Position numbers and translations under genes: made by a program
The notes under the pieces: model-generated
Told to the model about the DNA's origin: nothing
The model's database searches: none
Seen by the model: only the letters and a program-made list of their open reading frames with translations
Origin: an uncultured Ignavibacteria bacterium
Lineage (GTDB): Bacteria > Zixibacteria > MSB-5A5 > WJJR01
Direction: 5' to 3'
NCBI GenBank assembly: GCA_964371625.1
Contig: CAYJMP010000001.1
Span: 398,673 to 462,672, forward strand
Length of the DNA stretch: 64,000 nucleotides
In this document: positions 57,363 to 64,000 of the stretch, in pieces
Layout of the letters: every line of letters begins with the position of its first letter
Numbering within the stretch: the first letter of the stretch is position 1

Positions 57363-57845
57363 TCACCCCGCGGCCAGCGCTCGCTTGAGTAGCGATATCT
57401 GGCCCGCATGATACAGGTTGTGCTGTGTCACACCGATGAACTGAGTGTACGCTGTGTCTGGGACCTCCGGGACGAGCGGCAGATCGAGCCGCTCTGCCGA
57501 AAATGCGCGCACCGCTTCTCGGAGCTGCTGATTCAACCCGCGGAGTGATTCGATAGCGTGCTGCCAGTTTTCGGCTGTCGCTGGCGGACATGGAGGCCAA
57601 CCCTCTTCCGGCGTGAGCGGGCGCCCATCTCCCGCCAGTCTGCGCAGCATTAGAGTGTAGTCGCTGCTGATGTGCAGGACGAGCTCCCAAATGCTGTGTG
57701 CATCCGGAATTGGATGGCTGCTGGCTTGCTCAGCCGACACACCGGCAAGCGCTTCGAGTACGGAAGGGCCGTGCCATGCCTCACCCTCAAGCGCCAACCG
57801 AAGCTGTTCTTCCAACCGCATCATCTCGCCGGCCATTACATTCAC
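57363..57845 (-). CDS. DinB/YfiT-like (DinB_2) four-helix-bundle metalloenzyme-fold protein
   Basis: HxxxE...H pattern (WHGPSVLEAL...HISSDY...YHAGQI). Confidence 0.6.
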   Translation of the reverse strand: MNVMAGEMMRLEEQLRLALEGEAWHGPSVLEALAGVSAEQASSHPIPDAHSIWELVLHISSDYTLMLRRLAGDGRPLTPEEGWPPCPPATAENWQHAIESLRGLNQQLREAVRAFSAERLDLPLVPEVPDTAYTQFIGVTQHNLYHAGQISLLKRALAAG

Positions 57846-57903
57846 TCACCTTTCTATCGGGACGGTCAGGGCTTGTCCGCCGCTGGCGGGCCACGCGTCG
57901 GCT

Positions 57904-58284
57904 CTAGTCAGCGCCACCGGGCCGCGGCTGTCCGACCAAGGTCCCGGCAAAGAGCAACATACCCAGGATAATGGGAGGGCCACCGATTATGAGCCGCGTG
58001 GAGACAGGCGCTCCACGGGTAAATGATGCCAATCCGCCGAACAACGATATTCCCACGAGGATTAGCAATACGGATGCGAGTCTTGGCCAGCGCCAAGAGG
58101 TAACGAGGAGTATGGCGACTCCCCCTCCGCGCGTGAGAAGCGTCGGAATGCCCTCTGCGGTGAATCCTTCCGCCCAGCGAGAGGCGATGATGAACAGCAG
58201 CCAAAGCCCTCCCAAGAGAGTGATCAGAATGCGTGTGACCAGCAGCAAGCGCCGGGTTGTCCGAACTGGCTGATCGTTGACCAT
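57904..58284 (-). CDS. hypothetical membrane protein (4 TM)
   Basis: Hydrophobic helices. Confidence 0.5.
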   Translation of the reverse strand: MVNDQPVRTTRRLLLVTRILITLLGGLWLLFIIASRWAEGFTAEGIPTLLTRGGGVAILLVTSWRWPRLASVLLILVGISLFGGLASFTRGAPVSTRLIIGGPPIILGMLLFAGTLVGQPRPGGAD

Positions 58285-58337
58285 ACAGTGACCTCCCCGG
58301 GTGCCTCACACTTACAGTGTAAACAGCTTGCTGTGAG

Positions 58338-58503
58338 GCGTAACTCAAGACACGGAGCAATCCGCAATCTCATCACAGGAGAGCTCCCGCCTATCGGGAG
58401 TTTGTTGCGGATTCGATATGCGCGTAAAGTAAACCATCCCACGGTCCCGAGCAAGTCGAGGGAGACGAGGGCGTCAGGGTTTGTCCGCCTCTGGCGGGCC
58501 ACA
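58338..58503 (+). repeat. left copy of ~166-bp direct repeat (internally palindromic) flanking thioredoxin/peptide cassette
   Basis: About 95% identical to 59735-59900. Contains hairpin GCAATCCGCAA...TTGCGGATTCG and a REP-A tail. Confidence 0.85.
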
Positions 58504-58620
58504 CATTTGGGAATTGGGCACACATACTTCCATAAGCCCCTCAGGGCACCCGTCCGCCACCCGCTCCCCGGCCGCCCGTCGTGGTCTCAGACCAAGGCGG
58601 GTCGTCACGTATGGAAACTC

Positions 58621-58649
58621 TTGACTTAGATTTTTGAGTTCTCTATAAG
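58621..58649 (+). promoter_or_regulatory. sigma70-type promoter TTGACT-N17-TATAAG
   Basis: Exact -35, 17-bp spacer, and 5/6 match at -10 in a locally AT-rich stretch just upstream of the thioredoxin-like gene. Confidence 0.6.
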
Positions 58650-58659
58650 ATTATGCGAA

Positions 58660-59307
58660 TTGATCGGTCACAGGCCGAGTACCTCATCGGGTGTCGAATT
58701 GACGGGACGACGCAAAGCCCTTAAGCTCGTTGCGCTATTTGTGCTGGTTGGCTTAGTGGGCTCTGCCCTGGGAGTCGGCTCCGGAAGTGCCTACAGGTGG
58801 TGGAGGTCGCATAGGGCGCAAGAAGCGATGGCTGATAGTATGAACGCGTACTTGGCGCAGCGGATTCACGGCTTCGGAATAGGAGACATGTTTCCTGACA
58901 TTCCGCTGCAGCCTCCGAATGGCGGACCCGCATCAATGATCGGTGATCTATTGCCCAATGGCGGGCTTGTCTACTATGCCTCTCCGGGTTGTGGTTCGTG
59001 TCGCGAATCCCTCGCCGACCTGCAGTATGTCCTAGACGCACGGGATACGGCCACCTTGGATATACTGGTAATTGCCGTCGGCACCATGGAGGATGGAGCG
59101 CAGTTCCTCACGTCTACCGGATTCAAACAACCGTTTGTGATGGACATACAGAATTCACTTTCAGTTGAGTATGGAGTTGAGATTTTCCCTACCTACTTTT
59201 GCTTGGACGAGAACCTAAGAGTTCTGTCATTTGGCACGGACGCTACGTCGGCACAACGGCTTTCGGATATCATATTCGAGTGTGCAACTAACGAGCCACG
59301 ACTCTAG
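58660..59307 (+). CDS. membrane-anchored TlpA/ResA-like thiol:disulfide oxidoreductase (thioredoxin fold)
   Basis: N-terminal TM anchor. YASPGCGSCRE is a CxxC active site. TTG start at 58660 or 58699. Confidence 0.7.
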   Translation: MIGHRPSTSSGVELTGRRKALKLVALFVLVGLVGSALGVGSGSAYRWWRSHRAQEAMADSMNAYLAQRIHGFGIGDMFPDIPLQPPNGGPASMIGDLLPNGGLVYYASPGCGSCRESLADLQYVLDARDTATLDILVIAVGTMEDGAQFLTSTGFKQPFVMDIQNSLSVEYGVEIFPTYFCLDENLRVLSFGTDATSAQRLSDIIFECATNEPRL

Positions 59308-59328
59308 AGGAAAGGAGGTGAGAATCGT

Positions 59329-59601
59329 ATGAATCGTCGGTCAACAGTTACAGCATCACTTCTGCTGTTCACATTCGCGTTCTCGGTTGCATTTGGTGTG
59401 GTACTTACGCAACCAGAGGAGTCAGGGGCGTTGGAATGCGCGCCGTGCAATTGCTTTGCCGGGGGTTGCTATGGGTCAATCGGCCCTCACACGAACTGGA
59501 TCTGTCAACCCAGCACCCGCGTGCAGTGCTACATGGCGAACGAGCCACCGTGGTTTCCTGAGTATGTGCCTCCGTATTGCGGGGCCCACTGCCCGTACTA
59601 A
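59329..59601 (+). CDS. secreted cysteine-rich peptide precursor (8 Cys in ~55-aa mature region)
   Basis: AGGAGGTGA RBS 7 nt from ATG. Signal peptide. CAPCNCFAGGCYG...C...C...CGAHCPY. Confidence 0.65.
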   Translation: MNRRSTVTASLLLFTFAFSVAFGVVLTQPEESGALECAPCNCFAGGCYGSIGPHTNWICQPSTRVQCYMANEPPWFPEYVPPYCGAHCPY

Positions 59602-59618
59602 AGAGTAGTTCTCGGAGT

Positions 59619-59649
59619 CAAGCCGGGACGATCAGTGAGTCCCGGCTTG
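59619..59649 (+). terminator. rho-independent terminator
   Basis: AAGCCGGGAC-loop-GTCCCGGCTT then a T-containing tail. Confidence 0.55.
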
Positions 59650-59734
59650 GCCGTTTAATGTGGCGGCGTGCCTTGACACGAGCCAAGAGCAGTGGACGGG
59701 TGGCCCTGACGAAGGCTCTATCTCGTCAGAGCTT

Positions 59735-59900
59735 GCGTAACTCAAGACACGGAGCAATCCGCAATCTCATCACAAGAGAGCTCCCGCCTATCGGAAGTTT
59801 GTTGCGGATTCGATATGCGCCTAAAGTAAACCACCAAACGGTCCCGAGCAAGTCGAGGGAGACGAGGGCGTCAGGGTCTGTCCGCCTCTGGCGGGCCACC
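59735..59900 (+). repeat. right copy of ~166-bp direct repeat
   Basis: See 58338-58503. Confidence 0.85.
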
Positions 59901-59917
59901 CCCGGCGAGTCGCAAGA

Positions 59918-60454
59918 TTAAGCAGGAACGTAGATCAACCTGATCACATCCTCGGCAATCCGATCGTTCGACACAAGGCGGAGCGGCGGCCGGGGTCCGG
60001 CGAAGTATGGCGATCCGTGACCAAGCACGACGGGGTGCAGGTAGATTCGATACTCATCGATCAGGCCAAGTTCGGTGAGGCTATGCGCCAGGTTCGGGCC
60101 GGCAACTTCGATCTCCCCGTCGCGCTCGGCCTTCAGCTTGCGGATCGCGCTCTCAAGATCATCCGCAATAAGCCTGGCGTTGGGGCCGACCGACTTCAAA
60201 GATCGCGAGACGACCCATTTCGGTTGCTTGCGCCATGCTAACGCAAAGGCGCGTTCCTCGGAATCCCATTCAGGATGATCGTCGTCCCAGTAACGCATGA
60301 TCTCATACATTTTGCGACCGTACAGACTGCCCGCCTGACGCTGGGCCTCCTCGATGAAGTGACGGAAGAGCAAAGGGCCCGGCGCAAACGCCGTATGGTC
60401 GACGTAGCCGTCCAGGGACTGGTTCATTCCGAACACGAGCTTGGCCATACCCAC
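59918..60454 (-). CDS. dihydrofolate reductase-like (RibD C-terminal domain) family protein
   Basis: MAKLVFGMNQSLDGYV start. Length ~178 aa. Confidence 0.7.
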   Translation of the reverse strand: MGMAKLVFGMNQSLDGYVDHTAFAPGPLLFRHFIEEAQRQAGSLYGRKMYEIMRYWDDDHPEWDSEERAFALAWRKQPKWVVSRSLKSVGPNARLIADDLESAIRKLKAERDGEIEVAGPNLAHSLTELGLIDEYRIYLHPVVLGHGSPYFAGPRPPLRLVSNDRIAEDVIRLIYVPA

Positions 60455-60544
60455 TTCCTTTTCTTACGCCGACTGCGCTACAGCCCTGCCGAAGGGGCGA
60501 CACAAAAACGGTGCGTGCCCTTCGGAAACGCACGCACCCTACAA

Positions 60545-61048
60545 TTAGAACGACCAATTGACGATCGGGAAGACCGGGAACTGACCGCCTTGTTTGATGA
60601 AGTTCAAAAGCCCGATCTGCAGGCCCTTCATGGTCACCGCGTAATTGACAAACCCAAGTTGAAATCCACTGGCGTGTCCGGCATAGTTCACGACGCCCCA
60701 TTGGAAACCTTCCATCTTCCCCTTCGTCACGTTCACCCATGTATCCTGGAAGCCGGTAAAGTCGGCATCAACAATGCCAACGAATCCAAACTGCGCACCC
60801 TTGGATACACCCGTCGTTGCATGACTGACCAACCCGATGTCCAAACCGGTGACGGTCGTGTTTTTCCCGTACAGGAGACTCAGCCGGCCACCCCCAATGG
60901 CTTCGTCCTCCGAGACCAGCTGAATGGGTGGAAACAATGAGAGCTGAATCGGCTTCGACCCTGCCAGCGCCGGCCGTGTGAACAGAAGTACAGAAAGGAT
61001 CACAAAGCCGGTTAGACTGCGCATTCCATTGGCCACTTTCTCCTCCAT
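60545..61048 (-). CDS. secreted repeat protein (GxQxGxVN repeats), unknown function
   Basis: Signal peptide. Repeats GFQWGVVNYAG / GFQLGFVNYAV / GLQIGLLNFIK. Confidence 0.45.
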   Translation of the reverse strand: MEEKVANGMRSLTGFVILSVLLFTRPALAGSKPIQLSLFPPIQLVSEDEAIGGGRLSLLYGKNTTVTGLDIGLVSHATTGVSKGAQFGFVGIVDADFTGFQDTWVNVTKGKMEGFQWGVVNYAGHASGFQLGFVNYAVTMKGLQIGLLNFIKQGGQFPVFPIVNWSF

Positions 61049-61211
61049 TCATTTGACATCCGTGCAAGTCGTGAATTCTATCAGATAAACGTCATGCGGT
61101 CATACAGCAAGCCAAGAAACTCCGCTGTTGGGTTAGGCGCAAGCGTTCAGCATTTCCCGATGCGGTGGCCCACCCCGCCGCGCGCGTTAGACGGCACCGA
61201 CATTGCGCGCG

Positions 61212-61577
61212 CTAAAGGCGCCTTGCCCGCCACCAACAAACCAAGAACAGAATAGCTGGTAACGCATACGCCATGGCCATGAAGATTATGGCACCGGGCT
61301 TTACATCTGTTTGCAGCCCAAGAACGCAATAGCCGATGAGGCTACCCAACGCCACTAACCCTCCGGGACCTTCCCACTTCCAGGCCATAGTGAGGCCGAT
61401 GAAGGCCAAGAACAGCGCGAACGTCATCGGTATCCGGTCACCTGGGATTGCCCCTTTCTGGATCAAGTCAGGCACGAAGAAAACCAAGAACCCAAGGATG
61501 AAAAGTGCCCCAGCGATTCTCGCCGTCCAGCGAATCGCGGTCGCCGGACGTGTCGACGTTAGTCCACGGTCGTCCAC
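61212..61577 (-). CDS. hypothetical membrane protein (4 TM)
   Basis: Hydrophobic helices. Confidence 0.45.
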   Translation of the reverse strand: MDDRGLTSTRPATAIRWTARIAGALFILGFLVFFVPDLIQKGAIPGDRIPMTFALFLAFIGLTMAWKWEGPGGLVALGSLIGYCVLGLQTDVKPGAIIFMAMAYALPAILFLVCWWRARRL

Positions 61578-61744
61578 GTGTACCTCCCGCCGTGAGGATT
61601 CGCGGCTGGGTCGCCCTGAAGAGGAGACATCTCGTCAGGGTTCGTTTTAATCATGCTTCAGACACAACATTGTACGTTTACACATATTCGAACTCCACTA
61701 GCTCTTGCGCGCTGCCCTCCCAGCCCGGACTAACGCTCGAATGA

Positions 61745-61987
61745 TCAGTCCTTTCTTCGGGCGATCTCTTCCTTGATTTTCTTTCCACCAATCAACATTG
61801 CGATGGTGACAATACCTAAACCTGCAAATCCAGCCGCAGAGGCGGAAATAGACGGTGATTTCCCGTAGAAGCGGGTGATTAAGATGGAGATAATTGCAGC
61901 AGACCAACAGACAGTCAATACAACTTTGCCGGTCTTTACTTTCCTCTTTAGTTCTTCTGTACTCTGTGCTCTGATGTCTTTGCCCAT
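61745..61987 (-). CDS. small membrane protein (2 TM)
   Basis: GGAG RBS then ATG 61987. Lower-GC segment. Confidence 0.4.
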   Translation of the reverse strand: MGKDIRAQSTEELKRKVKTGKVVLTVCWSAAIISILITRFYGKSPSISASAAGFAGLGIVTIAMLIGGKKIKEEIARRKD

Positions 61988-62153
61988 TGCCACAATTCTC
62001 CGTACATGAGTCTTTAGTACCCGCACTGCCCGGGTACCCGATCCGCTGCGGCGGACTGTGGGAGTCCATCCTTCGCGATTTGATCGTCAACAAACATTAA
62101 GTTCCAGTATCGACTAGCTCACCGCAAGCGGTGGGGTGTCTGGCCACAACTCA

Positions 62154-62906
62154 TCACCGCCTCATCAGCGCGAACACGCCCCACCCCAGGTATTCACGTG
62201 TGTAAGCGGCGTAGTGCTCGGGTCCCGAGGTCAGTTTGGCGCGAACTTCTTTCGCGAACTCGTCGTCGGGATTGGCTTCAAGCCATCGGCGCATGGTGAG
62301 CCATTGAGACGCCTCGTATCTGTCCCAGCTGTCCTGGTCTGCCAAGACCATTTCCACGACGTCGTAGCCATGGCGGCCAAATGATGCGAGAAGTTCAGGA
62401 AGCATGAGAAAGTCGGAGATGGAGCCGGCCTCACACTCCTTGGCCACATCTTCCGTCGGCGGTAACTGCCGCCAGTAGGGCTCGCCGATGAGGATGATCC
62501 CTCCGGTGCGGAGGCTCTGCGCCACAAGCTCTATAGTGCCGATGACTCCCCCACCGATCCATGTAGCACCGATACAGGCCGCCACATCGACCTTCTCGTC
62601 CGAGACGTAGCCAGTAGCATCGCCGTGGATGAACTTGACGCGATCGGCGACGCCAAGTTCTTCCGCGCGGAGTTTCGCTTGCTCGGTGAACAACTGGCTC
62701 ATGTCGATGCCGGTGCCGCTGATTCCGTAATCGCGTGCCCAGGTGCACAGCATCTCCCCCGAACCGCTGCCGAGGTCAAGCACTCGCGTAAGCGTCCCCG
62801 TATCCAGGCGCAGCGCCGCGCCGAGAGTGGCGAGCTTTTCGGGCGTGAACGGGTTATGGATGCGGTGAGCACTTTCGGTGATGTTGAAGATCCGTGGAAT
62901 GTCCAT
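62154..62906 (-). CDS. class I SAM-dependent methyltransferase
   Basis: VLDLGSGSGEM is motif I. IHGDA. Confidence 0.8.
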   Translation of the reverse strand: MDIPRIFNITESAHRIHNPFTPEKLATLGAALRLDTGTLTRVLDLGSGSGEMLCTWARDYGISGTGIDMSQLFTEQAKLRAEELGVADRVKFIHGDATGYVSDEKVDVAACIGATWIGGGVIGTIELVAQSLRTGGIILIGEPYWRQLPPTEDVAKECEAGSISDFLMLPELLASFGRHGYDVVEMVLADQDSWDRYEASQWLTMRRWLEANPDDEFAKEVRAKLTSGPEHYAAYTREYLGWGVFALMRR

Positions 62907-63077
62907 TTCGGGAAATCTCCTTATGGGTGCTACAGGTGGCCCTGACCGCTCTTAGTCAGGGCTCGCGTAACTCACCTTGGAATGGCACACATGTTCTCTC
63001 ATCGCAATGGCTTTTCTGTCTCAAAGGTGCATACGTGAACCCTGACGCGAAGAGCGCGTCAGGGCCACGAAAAGAAA

Positions 63078-63674
63078 TCAAAATGACCCTGTCTTCACCT
63101 CGCCTGCCCGTTTGTAGTTGGCGACAATGACTCCACTCGGCGACACTTTGCTGTCGGTCAGCCTGAATGCCGCTGGGGTTGCGCCTTCGGCGAACAAGCG
63201 TTTTCCGGGACCGAGCGTGACGGGAAAGATCTTGAGCCAGAACTCGTCGACCAGATCATGCGCAAGCAGCGTCTGAATCAAGTTGCCGCTGCCGTGCACC
63301 TGCAGGTCGGGACCATCTTGCGTCTTCAGTTTCTTGACGGCGTCGGCGACATCACCCTGCAACTGCACCGATTTGTCCCATGTGAGTTTCTGAGGCGTGC
63401 GTGAGGCGACATACTTGGTTGCGGTGTCGAATGCCGGGATGACGCCGGGATGTTGGGGCCAATACGAGGCGAAGATGTCGTAGGTCTTCCTTCCGAGCAA
63501 TAGATCGAGCGGGCCTTTCATCTGTTCGTCCATGACGCCGTGGGCGAATTCGTCGAAGTACGGCACCGTCCACCCGCCATGCGTGAACACGCCGGACGTG
63601 TCCTCCTCGGGTCCGCCGGGCGCCTGCATGACGCCGTCGAGAGAGAGGAATGAAAGAACAATGAGTTTGCGCAT
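63078..63674 (-). CDS. dihydrofolate reductase-like (RibD C-terminal domain) family protein, secreted/paralog
   Basis: MRKLIVLSFLSLDGVMQAPGG start. Paralog of 59918..60454. Confidence 0.7.
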   Translation of the reverse strand: MRKLIVLSFLSLDGVMQAPGGPEEDTSGVFTHGGWTVPYFDEFAHGVMDEQMKGPLDLLLGRKTYDIFASYWPQHPGVIPAFDTATKYVASRTPQKLTWDKSVQLQGDVADAVKKLKTQDGPDLQVHGSGNLIQTLLAHDLVDEFWLKIFPVTLGPGKRLFAEGATPAAFRLTDSKVSPSGVIVANYKRAGEVKTGSF

Positions 63675-64000
63675 TGTGATCTCCTATTTGAAAGCTCTCG
63701 TAGGGTGCGTGCGGCTTTACTGCAGAACCCACCACTTTCTACTCGTTGGGACCAGAAACGGTGGGTGCAAAGAGCGCACCCACCCTACAGGTCTTTTTGG
63801 ATCGGTCACGCATGATCGCTTTGTCTGTCACGGCCACCCGTCGAGGTCTGTCAGGGCTTGTCCGCCTCGGGCGGGCCACCCCGCCGCCTGGGCTTGTTTC
63901 GCTTCCCGATGCTCTATAACTTGCGGCACAAATGCACCACCACTCTATCCAAGTGAGGAGCAGGAGGGCATCATGACCGCGTCCGTCATAGGCAGAGTGA

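Noticed and set aside
58338-59900. Possibility that the two 166-bp repeats are a CRISPR array
   Set aside because: Only two copies, 166 bp long, separated by ~1.2 kb of coding sequence. No cas genes. Interpreted as direct repeats flanking a cassette.
1-64000. rRNA, tRNA, tmRNA, RNase P, SRP RNA, CRISPR
   Set aside because: No convincing instance could be identified by eye. This is not proof of absence; a covariance-model scan would be needed.

Overview
This is a high-GC (~60-65%) bacterial chromosomal window of about 75 genes. The lineage cannot be named from sequence alone. Most coding sequence is on the minus strand.

The first ~48 kb carries housekeeping and accessory functions:
- three tandem cold-shock proteins, several GNAT acetyltransferases, and a B12-binding radical-SAM protein with a C-terminal STAS-like tail;
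- nitroreductase, AHSA1/ArsR pair, O-methyltransferase, amidohydrolase, and a type IV pilin-like gene;
- an ECF sigma / FecR-type anti-sigma pair followed by two large tandem paralogs of the CBM9-like/DUF5916 family;
- FKBP, Fic, a histone-H1-like KA-repeat protein fused to a CBM48 glycogen-binding domain, and an FG-GAP/TSP3 protein;
- a LytS/LytTR two-component system, a Rieske oxygenase, three paralogous glycine-zipper lipoproteins, SpoVG, an iron permease, two CHRD-domain proteins, and a PadR/DUF4153 pair.

The last ~16 kb (48-64 kb) is a patchy, lower-GC accessory region. It is saturated with at least three families of palindromic REP/MITE-like repeats and small membrane or secreted proteins.

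The most striking unit is a self-contained cassette at 58.3-59.9 kb. Two ~166-bp direct repeats (~95% identical, internally palindromic) flank four parts in order:
- a canonical TTGACT-17-TATAAG promoter,
- a membrane-anchored TlpA-like thioredoxin (CxxC),
- a strongly ribosome-binding-site-led secreted 8-cysteine ~55-aa peptide,
- a rho-independent terminator.

This layout is consistent with a mobile module for a disulfide-rich exported peptide with its own oxidoreductase.

Other candidates are listed as findings, including a HEPN-motif protein in the REP island, a putative PD-(D/E)xK protein, lysine-rich tails on several unrelated proteins, and a MoaD-like GG protein coupled to a BNR/sialidase-fold protein.

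No rRNA, tRNA or CRISPR array was found. All family assignments rest on motif recognition by eye and need HMM or structure searches to confirm.
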